A stretch of DNA of 64,000 bases from an uncultured Lachnospiraceae bacterium. Lineage in GTDB: Bacteria > Bacillota > Clostridia > Lachnospirales > Lachnospiraceae. The notes beneath the pieces were generated by a model. It was given only the letters and a program-made list of their open reading frames with translations, was not told the origin of the DNA and did not search any database. The position numbers and the translations under genes were made by a program. The stretch is from contig CADCMM010000007.1 in the NCBI GenBank assembly GCA_902802515.1, forward strand, positions 33,954-97,953, in the 5' to 3' direction. This document shows, in pieces, positions 1 through 9,822 of the stretch (position 1 is the stretch's first letter; each line of letters starts with the position of its first letter).

Positions 1-745
1 CCATCACCGGATGCAATTTTACATTGTCCCGATCCATCTCGTCCGATGGATAAATCCCGTAAATCGTAATACCGGCCCGCACCGCATCCAGGTTCGCTTC
101 CGGCAGTTCCAAAATCCCTGCGCTGTTAGAACAATGTTTCAGCGGAACGGATATGCCGGCTCGCTCCAAAGCCCTGGCAAAAGCAAGATATCTGCGCAGC
201 TGTTCTCTGGCATTTTCCTTGTCTGTCTCATCCGCCCTGGCGAAATGAGTAAACATTCCTTCAATCTCCAGCCCCGGAAGCGCTGTTATTTCCCGGATAA
301 TCTCTATTGATTCCTCATTATCGGCAAATCCGATCCTGGTCATACCGGTATCAAGAGCCAGATGGATCATGATCTTTTTTTTGCTATGAAGAGCTGCCCG
401 TGACAGTTCCTTGGCCATGGACAGTTTAAAAACGGCCGGCCGAAGTTCCTGCTGAGCGATCATTTCATAATCCTCCGAAAAGGTAAATCCCAAGATCAGG
501 ATCGGTTTATGTATGCCGTGTTCCCTTAATTCCACGGCCTCCTCCACGGTGGCCACCGCAAATCCCCAGATATAATCATACGGTTCTACCAATCTGGCGA
601 TGGGGAGCGCTCCATGTCCATAGGCATCGGTCTTGACCACCGCAATCATTTTTGTTTCTTTTCGGATGTTCTCTCTCATACGGCAAAAGTTTTCCTCCAC
701 CGCGTCCAGGTTAATTCGCGCATATACCCTACTGTGCCTTTTCAT
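1..745 (-). CDS. alr: Alanine racemase, N-terminal ~248 aa (3' end lies outside the window)
   Basis: The frame runs off the left edge. My translation from the ATG at 745-743 gives MKRHSRVYARINLDAVEENF...MIAVVKTDAYGHG, which contains the PLP-lysine motif. The ORF is absent from the track because it has no stop inside the window. Confidence 0.85.
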   Translation of the reverse strand, partial: MKRHSRVYARINLDAVEENFCRMRENIRKETKMIAVVKTDAYGHGALPIARLVEPYDYIWGFAVATVEEAVELREHGIHKPILILGFTFSEDYEMIAQQELRPAVFKLSMAKELSRAALHSKKKIMIHLALDTGMTRIGFADNEESIEIIREITALPGLEIEGMFTHFARADETDKENAREQLRRYLAFARALERAGISVPLKHCSNSAGILELPEANLDAVRAGITIYGIYPSDEMDRDNVKLHPVM

Positions 746-777
746 GCTGTCTCCTTCCGTATATTCTGATTGTGATT

Positions 778-2256
778 TCATCTTGATTTTTGTAATACTT
801 CGGTAATGTGTTCCGCGATATCAGTAGCCATCATGCTTCTTGTTCCCAGCTGCTCTGCTGCCGCATCCCCGGAAAGCCCATGCAGATAAACTCCCATGGA
901 GGCGGCCTCAAAGGGGGACATGCCCTGCGAGAGCAGGCTGCAGATCATACCGGTAAGTACATCACCGGATCCGCCGACTGCCATCCCATTATTTCCTGAA
1001 GTATTGATATACAGTTTCTGCCCGTCAGAGACAACCGTTCTCGCATCCTTCAAAACACAGATCAACTGATGATCGGCAGCATATTCACGGCATACCCCGG
1101 TTATATTTTCCAATATTTCGGATATTCCGTATCCAGTTATGCGGGCCATTTCCCCGGGATGCGGAGTAATAATTATTTTAGCGGTGCTTTCCTCAAGAAA
1201 TTCAGGATGCAGCGCCAGAATATTGAGTGCGTCCGCATCCAGCACCAGCGGTCCGTCCCAGATTTCCAGAACTTCTTTTAGTAGTTCCTGCGCCCTTTCA
1301 CCGGTTCCGAGACCGGGGCCGATACCAACTGCCCTGGCTCGTGTAAGAGCATTTTTCAGCACGCCCATCTGCTGCCAGGAAGAAAAAACCGCTTCCGGAA
1401 GATTTGTCTGCAAGACAGTACGGTTAATCTCATCCGCCAGAATGTGTACCAGTCCGCAGCCTGTCCGATAGGCTGCAATTCCGGAAAGCACTGCAGCGCC
1501 CGCCATGTTTTCTCCCCCTGCGATCAACAAGACCGTTCCGTAGGTTCCCTTGTTGGATCGGGGGATTCTTGCCGGAAGCTGTTTTAAATCTTCTTTTCCA
1601 TAGGTAAAAGCGGGATCCTGTTCCCGGGAGAGGCCATGCTCCGTGATCCCAATATCTTTTACCAAAAGTTTTCCACAGTACGCAGCTCCCGGATACAAAA
1701 GCTGCCCCCGCTTCGCGAAGGCAAACGTAACAGTACACTCCGCTCGCACAGCACATCCCAGGATCTTTCCACTGTCCGCGCAGATGCCGGAAGGCATATC
1801 GAGTGCCACCACCGGGTGATCACAGCGATTGATACAGTCGATCAGCTCTGCGTACATGCCTGTGACGGGCCGGGACAGACCGATACCAAACAAGGCGTCC
1901 ACCAATACAGTATATTCAGAGAAATCAAAATTCCTGCAATATTTTCCGCCATAATTTTCAAATATCTTTTTTTGCAGCGCGCTCTCCGGGGTAAGAGAAG
2001 ATTCTTTTCCCGCAAAATAAACATCTGCCGCCATCCCATCCAGAAGCAGCAGCCTGGCGACCGCAAAGCCGTCCCCTCCATTGTTTCCACTGCCGCACAG
2101 AACCAGAACTTTGCTCTTTGCTCCATACCCGGTCTTTATCTCCTTCGCTGCCGACAAGGCAGCTCTCTCCATCAATACCATGGATGGAAGCTGCATTTGC
2201 AGGATTGTGAAACTGTCACAATCCTTCATTTCTTTTCCTGTTAATACATACTTCAT
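778..2256 (-). CDS. nnr: Bifunctional NAD(P)H-hydrate repair enzyme (epimerase/ADP-dependent dehydratase)
   Basis: 492 aa. It has the YjeF-N motif GSGNNGGDG and the C-terminal kinase-like motif GGSGDVLTG. Confidence 0.9.
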   Translation of the reverse strand: MKYVLTGKEMKDCDSFTILQMQLPSMVLMERAALSAAKEIKTGYGAKSKVLVLCGSGNNGGDGFAVARLLLLDGMAADVYFAGKESSLTPESALQKKIFENYGGKYCRNFDFSEYTVLVDALFGIGLSRPVTGMYAELIDCINRCDHPVVALDMPSGICADSGKILGCAVRAECTVTFAFAKRGQLLYPGAAYCGKLLVKDIGITEHGLSREQDPAFTYGKEDLKQLPARIPRSNKGTYGTVLLIAGGENMAGAAVLSGIAAYRTGCGLVHILADEINRTVLQTNLPEAVFSSWQQMGVLKNALTRARAVGIGPGLGTGERAQELLKEVLEIWDGPLVLDADALNILALHPEFLEESTAKIIITPHPGEMARITGYGISEILENITGVCREYAADHQLICVLKDARTVVSDGQKLYINTSGNNGMAVGGSGDVLTGMICSLLSQGMSPFEAASMGVYLHGLSGDAAAEQLGTRSMMATDIAEHITEVLQKSR

Positions 2257-2275
2257 GATCGTTTCCCGTTTCGTT

Positions 2276-2905
2276 TTAAGTCATATGCTTCAATCTGTAG
2301 GATAGCTGCATCAGGCTTTCGGACAGATGTACGTTTTCCACCACAATATCATCCGGAAGATGCAGATCGGTATGGGCAAAATTCCAGATCGCTTTTACCC
2401 CATGTTCCCCCAGGATCGGGGCTACCCTCTCCGCGCCGCTGGCAGGCAGTGTCAGTGCGGCGATGTCTATCTTATTTTGATCCAGAAATTTCCCCAGTTC
2501 ATCAATCATCATAATGGGGATTCCCCTAACGGATACACCGGAAAGTCTTGGATTGACATCAAAAATCCCAATGATACGAAAGCCTCTTTTTTCAAACCGG
2601 ACATAATTAGCCAGAGCTTGTCCCAGATTACCGGCGCCAATAATGACCATATTATACGTTTTATCCAGACCCAGGATCTTTCCAATCTCCTGATAGAGAT
2701 ATTTAACATTATATCCATACCCCTGCTGGCCAAATCCGCCAAAATTATTCAGATCCTGGCGTATCTGCGATGCTGTAACATTCATCAGTCTGCTCAGCTC
2801 ACCGGAAGAGATTCTTTCTACTTTTTCTTCCAGAAGGTTGCCAAGATATCTATAATAGCGCGGAAGACGCTTTACCACTGCCTTTGAAATTTCCCGCTCT
2901 TCCAT
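2276..2905 (-). CDS. rex: Redox-sensing transcriptional repressor Rex
   Basis: 209 aa. The N-terminus carries VVKRLPRYYRYL and the Rossmann motif GAGNLGQAL is present. It ends 19 nt upstream of nnr. Confidence 0.9.
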   Translation of the reverse strand: MEEREISKAVVKRLPRYYRYLGNLLEEKVERISSGELSRLMNVTASQIRQDLNNFGGFGQQGYGYNVKYLYQEIGKILGLDKTYNMVIIGAGNLGQALANYVRFEKRGFRIIGIFDVNPRLSGVSVRGIPIMMIDELGKFLDQNKIDIAALTLPASGAERVAPILGEHGVKAIWNFAHTDLHLPDDIVVENVHLSESLMQLSYRLKHMT

Positions 2906-3092
2906 TTTTTCTTCCCCCGTTGCCTTGTCATGACAGCCATAATATGACCATTAATAGTTTACTCGACTCTATGTAAAAAAGCAATAGAATGACAAAATTA
3001 AAATTCTGTTGTTTTTTACGCAGATTTCACTATAATGGAAAAGGAAACTACGAATTTCTACCGTTGCAAACGGCACTTAAGGAAGGTTTACT

Positions 3093-5012
3093 ATGATACT
3101 GTCATGTCAGAATCTCAGCAAAACATTTGGGATTAATGAAATTATAAAACATGCTTCTTTTCATGTAGAAGAACACGAAAAGGCTGCCATCGTGGGAATT
3201 AACGGCGCTGGAAAATCCACGCTTCTGAAAATCATCATGGGGGAGCTCCCCGCTGATGGAGGAGAAGTGATCATAGCAAAGGGAAAAACCCTTGGATATC
3301 TGGCTCAGCAGAAAATGCTGTCCGGTCATGCCACGATCTACGAGGAACTCAAGGACGCGAAAAAAGATGTCATTGAGATGGAAGAAAGACTTCGCTTCCT
3401 GGAACAGAAGATGAAACATCTCTCCGGAGCGCAGCTTGACGCACTCATGGAGCAGTATCACCGTATCTTTACCATGTTCGAACAGAAAGACGGCTATTCC
3501 TGGCGCAGTGAGCTCACAGGAGTATTAAAAGGCTTAGGATTTTCAGAAGATGACTTTGAGAAGCAAGTGGATACCCTTTCCGGCGGTCAGAAAACCAGGG
3601 TAGCTCTGGGCAAGCTTCTGCTCTCTTCTCCCGATATCATCCTGCTGGATGAACCCACAAATCATTTGGATTTAAATTCTATTGCCTGGCTGGAGACATA
3701 TCTGCTCAACTACCGGGGAACCGTCATCATTGTGGCCCATGACCGCTACTTTTTGAACAAAGTAGTCACAAAAGTGATCGAGATCGACCAGGGACATGTG
3801 ATGACTTTTCTGGGGAATTACTCCGCCTACGCAGAGAAGAAAAAGCAACTCAGAGAGACTCAGTTAAAAGCATATCTGAATCAGCAGGCGGAAATCAAAC
3901 ATCATCAGGAGGTCATTGCAAAACTGCGCTCTTTTAACCGGGAAAAATCCATTCGCCGGGCGGAGAGCCGTGAAAAGATGCTGGATAAGATGGTTCTACT
4001 GGAAAAGCCGATGGATCAGGATAGCGAAATCAGACTCACATTGGAACCCAGGATCACCAGCGGCAATGACGTCCTTACCGTTGAACATTTGTCTAAATCC
4101 TATAATCAAGTCCTTTTTCAAGATCTGAACTTCCAGATTTACCGCGGGGAACGAGTGGCCATCATCGGGGACAACGGGACAGGAAAGACTACGCTTCTGA
4201 AAATCATTAACGCACTGACAGACGCGGATACAGGTAAGATCACGTTGGGTTCAAAAGTACATATCGGTTACTATGATCAGGAACATCAGGTCCTGCACCC
4301 GGAAAAAACATTGTTCGAGGAATTATCCGATGCCTATCCGAATCTGACCAACACGGAGATCCGCAACATACTGGCCGCATTTCTGTTTACCGGTGATGAC
4401 GTTTTTAAGCGCATTAAAGACCTTAGCGGCGGAGAACGCGGACGCGTATCCCTGGCAAAACTGATGCTTTCCAAGGCAAACTTTCTGATCCTGGATGAGC
4501 CGACAAACCATCTGGATATTATCTCGAAAGAGATATTGGAGAGCGCCCTTTGCCGCTATACCGGCACCGTCATGTATGTATCCCACGATCGTTACTTTAT
4601 TAACCAGACCGCAACCCGGATCCTGGATCTGAAGAATCAGACGTTGGTGAACTACATCGGTAATTATGATTATTATCTGGAAAAAAATGAAGAATTGACT
4701 AAAATTTATGCTCCGACACAGAAGAACACCTTTGCAGAATCTGTTTCCGGTTCCGCCCCTGCTTCCTCCAGAGAAGACTGGGAGCGCATGAAAGAAGAAC
4801 AGGCCAGGCAGCGAAAGCGTCAGAATGACCTGAAAAAAACAGAGGATGAGATTCAGAAACTGGAGGTCCGCGACGGCGAGATCGACCGGCTTCTGGAACT
4901 GGAAGAAATATTAACAGATCTGGTAAAATGCACCGCACTGACCACAGAAAAAGCTCAGATAACGCAGCAGTTGGATCAGCTCTATGATCAGTGGGCGCAG
5001 CTGGCCGATTAA
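3093..5012 (+). CDS. ABC-F family ATPase (Uup/YdiF-like, translation-associated)
   Basis: 639 aa with two ABC cassettes (GINGAGKST/LSGGQK and GDNGTGKTT/LSGGER). There are no TM segments and the C-terminus is a charged coiled-coil. RBS AAGGAAGG. Confidence 0.9.
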   Translation: MILSCQNLSKTFGINEIIKHASFHVEEHEKAAIVGINGAGKSTLLKIIMGELPADGGEVIIAKGKTLGYLAQQKMLSGHATIYEELKDAKKDVIEMEERLRFLEQKMKHLSGAQLDALMEQYHRIFTMFEQKDGYSWRSELTGVLKGLGFSEDDFEKQVDTLSGGQKTRVALGKLLLSSPDIILLDEPTNHLDLNSIAWLETYLLNYRGTVIIVAHDRYFLNKVVTKVIEIDQGHVMTFLGNYSAYAEKKKQLRETQLKAYLNQQAEIKHHQEVIAKLRSFNREKSIRRAESREKMLDKMVLLEKPMDQDSEIRLTLEPRITSGNDVLTVEHLSKSYNQVLFQDLNFQIYRGERVAIIGDNGTGKTTLLKIINALTDADTGKITLGSKVHIGYYDQEHQVLHPEKTLFEELSDAYPNLTNTEIRNILAAFLFTGDDVFKRIKDLSGGERGRVSLAKLMLSKANFLILDEPTNHLDIISKEILESALCRYTGTVMYVSHDRYFINQTATRILDLKNQTLVNYIGNYDYYLEKNEELTKIYAPTQKNTFAESVSGSAPASSREDWERMKEEQARQRKRQNDLKKTEDEIQKLEVRDGEIDRLLELEEILTDLVKCTALTTEKAQITQQLDQLYDQWAQLAD

Positions 5013-5018
5013 ATCATC

Positions 5019-5609
5019 CTATATTTCTAATAAATATTTCTCGTAGGAATTGATAACCGTTGTATTCTGATACTGTGTGATACGTTCTGCTCCATAGGTA
5101 TAATTCATATGAACATGTCCATGGATCATATACTTTGGCTGATACTTATCCATCAGCATAACGAAAGTCTGAAATCCATGGTGAGGCAAATCTTCCTGAT
5201 CGTTCACGCCACAGGCCGGGGCATGGGTCAGCAGAATATCAAATCCTTTTTTACGGCGGATCTTGCCTTTCATTTTACGTGCCCGTCGCATCATCTCTTT
5301 TTCCGTAAACTGGAATTTTCCCGGTCGGTAGCGCATTGAGCCGCCAAGTCCGAGGATACGAAGACCATTGTATTCATAAATCGTATCCTCGACACAGATA
5401 CATCCTTCCGGGGGTTTTTCTGCGTAGCGCTCATCATGATTTCCGTGCACATACAGCACCGGACAGGGTGCGAACGTCACCAGGAACGATAAATATGCGG
5501 CCGGCAGATCACCGCTGGATAATATCAGGTCGATGCCTTTTAATTTGCTCTCATCATAAAAATCCCATAGGGATTTCAAGGGAACATCCCCTATCAACAG
5601 TATCTTCAT
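5019..5609 (-). CDS. Metallophosphoesterase (calcineurin-like)
   Basis: 196 aa with GD..., GNHD and GHVH motifs. Its start codon abuts the stop of the upstream gene (TAAATG). Confidence 0.75.
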   Translation of the reverse strand: MKILLIGDVPLKSLWDFYDESKLKGIDLILSSGDLPAAYLSFLVTFAPCPVLYVHGNHDERYAEKPPEGCICVEDTIYEYNGLRILGLGGSMRYRPGKFQFTEKEMMRRARKMKGKIRRKKGFDILLTHAPACGVNDQEDLPHHGFQTFVMLMDKYQPKYMIHGHVHMNYTYGAERITQYQNTTVINSYEKYLLEI

Positions 5610-7538
5610 TTATTTTTCTCCGACTGCAGGATTTAAGCTTCCCTGCAGATCCACCAGTATTTTTGCATCTTCTGTTAAATCTTCTTCCGACGGAACAACG
5701 CCGATCACATTTTCCACCAGCCAATCCATGGTTATGATCTCCTCCGGCGACAGACAACCATCTTTCACACCAACCAGCTTCCCGCCCTGCAGCGGGATTA
5801 CACCACTGAATGGATTAAAATTCTCATTATAGATCTCTCCCCACATAGTCTCTGTCAATTTACGGATACCCGCCGGGAGATTCTGTGAGAAAATCAGGTC
5901 GATAATATTACTGGAGATTCCCCACCAGTAATTAACCGCCTTGCGCTCCGTGGTATCCGCCGTTTTATTCCAGGTTCCCTGCAAGATATCCCGTACAATC
6001 CGCTCATAGAATTTTCCCCAGTTCCAGATAGGGGTCGCTAATTTAAAAACTTCCCCATTCTTTTCCTGATAGAGGCCGAAATTTCTGCGGGAACTTGCCG
6101 GACGAATCATGTCCATGTCGGAGATCAGCGTAATATTCTCCTCCGTCAAAAGCTGCCTGAAGTTTCCCTTGGTAGAGGATGTCCAGTGCAGATAGATTTT
6201 TGCCCGGGGATTTGTCATCTGGGCGCCTCTGGCAAAGGCATTGATATTGGCAAAAGTTCCATTAATGGGATAATCCGCCACATAAGCGATCTTGTCATTT
6301 TCACACATCGCTCCGGCTACCATACCGCTCAGGAATTTGGCCTCATACATTCTACCGTAATAGGTGCGCAGTGCTTTGAAGGGGCGGTTGACGCAGCAAT
6401 TTAATATTTTGATCTCCGGATGTTCCAGCGCCGCCTTCAGACTGGCTTCAAGAAACTTCTGATTCGTAGTGAAAATAATATGATTTCCATCGTCGATGGA
6501 CTGCTGCAGAAGCTCCGTAATGCTCTTATCCTCTGCATCCCGGAAAAGGCTTTCCGTCTCAATGCGGTCTCCAAATACCTGCTCCAGATGCATACGACCT
6601 AACTCATGACTGTAGGTCCAGCTGGACTCTTCCGTGGATCTTTCGTGAATAAATGCCACTTTCAATTTTTTACTGCTGGTAAGGGTAAAGAATTTGGTAA
6701 AAAGATTTACTTCCGTATCTTCCACCGGTTCCAGTACAAGGGCTCCCTCCGGGCTTTTGTTCAGAAGCGGAAATTCACTCCAGATACGGTCTAAATCCTC
6801 TTTTTTCTGCACCCTTCCTTTTTCCAGAAGTTCTTCATAAGGATAAAGCGTAAGATAAAACAGAAACGCGTCTCCTGTGGTAATCGGCAGTTTTTTGCCG
6901 CCTCTGCTCTCAAACAATTCTGAAAACTCCGTAAAAATAGAGGAAAAATTTTTTTGATCTTCCTCTGTCCAGATTTCTTCCGGTCCTTTTCCCACTGCTT
7001 TGGTCAGCTTAGCGAAACTTCCTTCCTTGCTGAACCAAATGTAATTGATCCCAGTCAATTTATAGAAATCCAGGAATTCATAGTAGATCCTGTTTTCCGT
7101 TTCGTCCGTTGGCTTGGGAATAATGCGGGTTACCGTTCCCTCAATGGAAGACGCATTTAAAAACTTAAAGACACTGACCCGCTTATTTCCTTCCAGAACA
7201 TAGAATTTGTTCATAAATTCATAAGCGATGATCGGGTCATTAACGCCATGCTCTGTCTGATAGTTGTACAGGTTCGTCCATTTCAGGGCAAACTCAGATT
7301 TCTCCGACATCAAAGGCATAAAATTGCCTGCAAAGGCATTCCGCCGTCCCACAGTCTTTGTTCCCACGATCTGATCCAGAGGAATGTCCACAAGTCCCAG
7401 ATTTTCCTCTGTCTTCACATCTACACATTCCAGCAGTTCATCCAATGCCGGAAGATATGGATAATGTCCTCCGGAAACCGCGTTTCGGTACTCTTTCTCT
7501 CCTAGTTTTAATGCTTTTGCATATTCCAGATAAGCCAT
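5610..7538 (-). CDS. Uncharacterised cytoplasmic protein: N-terminal ParB/Srx-like domain fused to a C-terminal BMP (PnrA/Med-like) ligand-binding domain
   Basis: 642 aa with no signal peptide or lipobox. The N-terminus has IPLDQIVGT..GRRNAF and YVLEGNKRV, a ParB-like pattern. The C-terminus has IAYVADYPINGTFANINAFARGAQMTNPRAKI, a BMP-family pattern. Confidence 0.55.
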   Translation of the reverse strand: MAYLEYAKALKLGEKEYRNAVSGGHYPYLPALDELLECVDVKTEENLGLVDIPLDQIVGTKTVGRRNAFAGNFMPLMSEKSEFALKWTNLYNYQTEHGVNDPIIAYEFMNKFYVLEGNKRVSVFKFLNASSIEGTVTRIIPKPTDETENRIYYEFLDFYKLTGINYIWFSKEGSFAKLTKAVGKGPEEIWTEEDQKNFSSIFTEFSELFESRGGKKLPITTGDAFLFYLTLYPYEELLEKGRVQKKEDLDRIWSEFPLLNKSPEGALVLEPVEDTEVNLFTKFFTLTSSKKLKVAFIHERSTEESSWTYSHELGRMHLEQVFGDRIETESLFRDAEDKSITELLQQSIDDGNHIIFTTNQKFLEASLKAALEHPEIKILNCCVNRPFKALRTYYGRMYEAKFLSGMVAGAMCENDKIAYVADYPINGTFANINAFARGAQMTNPRAKIYLHWTSSTKGNFRQLLTEENITLISDMDMIRPASSRRNFGLYQEKNGEVFKLATPIWNWGKFYERIVRDILQGTWNKTADTTERKAVNYWWGISSNIIDLIFSQNLPAGIRKLTETMWGEIYNENFNPFSGVIPLQGGKLVGVKDGCLSPEEIITMDWLVENVIGVVPSEEDLTEDAKILVDLQGSLNPAVGEK

Positions 7539-7551
7539 AAATCTCCTTTAT

Positions 7552-8769
7552 TTAATCCTCTTTGCGTAATGCTTCCAGTTCCTTACGAATTTCCTGAATA
7601 AACTGCTGGCTGTTTAGCACCACAGGCTCCTCTATGGTGGTGATGAGCGCCAGATCTTTCGTCATTCTTCCACTCTCAATGGTCATCAGGGTGGCCTGTT
7701 CCAGTTGATCCGCAAACTTCTCAAGCTCTTCCAGACCATCCAATTCCCCGCGTTTTCGCAGCGCACCGCTCCAGGCAAAGATGGTCGCCACCGAGTTGGT
7801 GGATGTCTCCTCGCCTTTCAGGTACTTATAGTAATGTCTCTGAACCGTCCCATGTGCAGCCTCGTACTCATAATTACCATCCGGTGAAACCAGCACGGAG
7901 GTCATCATCGCCAGGGAGCCAAAGGCGGAAGAGATCATGTCACTCATGACATCTCCGTCATAATTTTTGCAGGCCCAGATAAAACCTCCCTCTGATTTCA
8001 TCACCCGGGCTACCGCGTCATCGATCAGGGTGTAGAAATAAGTGATGCCCGCCTTCTCAAACGCTTCCTGATACTCCTTCTCAAAAATTTCCTGAAAAAT
8101 ATCTTTAAACGTATGATCGTATTTTTTTGAGATCGTATCTTTAGTAGAAAACCACAGATCCTGTTTCGTGTCCAGCGCGTAGGCAAAACAACTGCGTGCA
8201 AAGCTCTCAATAGACGCGTTCAGGTTATGCATGCCCTGAAGCACACCGGCTCCTTTATACTCATGGATCAACGCTCTTGTCTCGGTACCGTCCTGGGCTG
8301 TAAATACCAGCTCTGCCTTTCCGGCGCCCGGAATGATCATTTCTGTATTTTTATAGACGTCACCGTAAGCATGACGGGCAATGGTGATGGGCTTGCTCCA
8401 GGATTTTACATTCGGTTCAATACCTTTTACCGTAATCGGCGCACGGAACACCGTTCCATCCAGGATCGCACGGATGGTGCCGTTGGGGCTCTTCCACATC
8501 TCCTTCAAATCATATTCTGTCATTCTGGCTGCGTTAGGAGTGATGGTGGCGCATTTTACCGCCACACCGTATTTTTTGTTAGCATTTGCCGCATCAACCG
8601 TTATCTGATCATTGGTCTCATTTCTTTTTTCCAGACCAAGGTCATAGTATTCTGATTTTAAATCAATAAAAGGAAAAATTAATTCTTCTTTAATCATTTT
8701 CCAGAGAATACGGGTCATTTCATCTCCGTCCATCTCTACCAGCGGTGTCTTCATAATAGTTTTATTCAT
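7552..8769 (-). CDS. icd: NADP-dependent isocitrate dehydrogenase (IDH1-like, subfamily II)
   Basis: 405 aa with [12 protein letters not shown] and KCATITPN motifs. RBS GGAGG. Confidence 0.9.
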   Translation of the reverse strand: MNKTIMKTPLVEMDGDEMTRILWKMIKEELIFPFIDLKSEYYDLGLEKRNETNDQITVDAANANKKYGVAVKCATITPNAARMTEYDLKEMWKSPNGTIRAILDGTVFRAPITVKGIEPNVKSWSKPITIARHAYGDVYKNTEMIIPGAGKAELVFTAQDGTETRALIHEYKGAGVLQGMHNLNASIESFARSCFAYALDTKQDLWFSTKDTISKKYDHTFKDIFQEIFEKEYQEAFEKAGITYFYTLIDDAVARVMKSEGGFIWACKNYDGDVMSDMISSAFGSLAMMTSVLVSPDGNYEYEAAHGTVQRHYYKYLKGEETSTNSVATIFAWSGALRKRGELDGLEELEKFADQLEQATLMTIESGRMTKDLALITTIEEPVVLNSQQFIQEIRKELEALRKED

Positions 8770-8831
8770 AATTACCTCCTCTATAGCCGAGCTTTAACAA
8801 TCATAGCACGAAAATCCATATTTGGCTATAG

Positions 8832-9725
8832 TCAGCCCATAAGTTTTAATAAATTTAACCTGCCCCATCCCTGTTGATGCCTGGGTAGTCCCATATCATC
8901 CGCCGCACTTTTCAGGCGCATTTTTACTTCTACATTGCTCAGCCATGGTCTCTGTGACAATAGAAGACAGACTGCTCCGGAGACAATGGGGGTTGCCATG
9001 GAAGTGCCGCTTTTCACACTGTAGTAACGCCCGGCAGATTTCAGATTGCTGCAGGATACGATCCTGACACCGGGAGCTGTGATTTCCGGTTTGCAGATAC
9101 AGGTGGATGTGGGGCCCCGTCCGGAAAAAAACTGTCTGGAACGGACGTTTTCTTTCCCTATCTCATCATAAAATCCCACAGTTATTACTTTTCTGCTGGT
9201 TCCGGGTATTGTAACCGTGCCGCTCTGTGGCCCCATATTCCCGGCTGCGACGATCACAGTAATACCGGCATCCCAGACTTTTTCCACCCATTCCACGAGC
9301 CGCCTTCCCTCTTCTTCCTCATCATCCATGGCGGTACCTACCGAAAAATTCAATACACGTATATTAAATTTATCTCTGTTGCAGATGACCCAATCCATGG
9401 CAGCAATGGCATCCTTCATTTTCCCGGTTCCATCCCGGTCAAGGACTTTCAAATGGACCAGATCACATTCAGGAGCGATCCCACGGTATTTTCCGGAGGA
9501 CATGATGCCATTCCCTCCCAGTATTCCCGTCACATGGCTCCCATGAGAAGCATCATCATAATAATACTCTTTTTTCCCTATAAAATCTTTAAAATATACT
9601 ACCCGATCCATATAATCCGGATGCGCGCAAATGCCGGAATCCATGATCACAGCAGTCACATTTCTTCCCGTTATTCCCTGTCTGTGGATTTCATCCGCGT
9701 GTATCAGTTTCCGTACCCGATTCAT
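8832..9725 (-). CDS. S8 family (subtilisin-like) serine peptidase, small, no signal peptide
   Basis: 297 aa. The Asp/His/Ser triad contexts are IMDSGI, HGSHVTG and GTSMATP. RBS AGGGGA. Confidence 0.85.
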   Translation of the reverse strand: MNRVRKLIHADEIHRQGITGRNVTAVIMDSGICAHPDYMDRVVYFKDFIGKKEYYYDDASHGSHVTGILGGNGIMSSGKYRGIAPECDLVHLKVLDRDGTGKMKDAIAAMDWVICNRDKFNIRVLNFSVGTAMDDEEEEGRRLVEWVEKVWDAGITVIVAAGNMGPQSGTVTIPGTSRKVITVGFYDEIGKENVRSRQFFSGRGPTSTCICKPEITAPGVRIVSCSNLKSAGRYYSVKSGTSMATPIVSGAVCLLLSQRPWLSNVEVKMRLKSAADDMGLPRHQQGWGRLNLLKLMG

Positions 9726-9822
9726 GATATCCCCTGTTTTCAGACATTTTTATATCATATGTTCCGAATTACCGAATGGAACCGGCGCATACATTGTATA
9801 CAAAGCTACTGATCGGAGTACT

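Noticed and set aside
2926-2935. The perfect 10-bp palindrome TGTCATGACA upstream of rex as a Rex operator.
   Set aside because: It does not match the TTGTGAA-N4/6-TTCACAA type consensus in length or sequence, so I cannot support the call.
9631-9822. The 64-codon N-terminal extension of the large S8 peptidase ORF.
   Set aside because: It would overlap the divergent S8 gene by 95 nt and has no RBS. The ATG at 9823 follows GGAG and starts a sensible pro-region.
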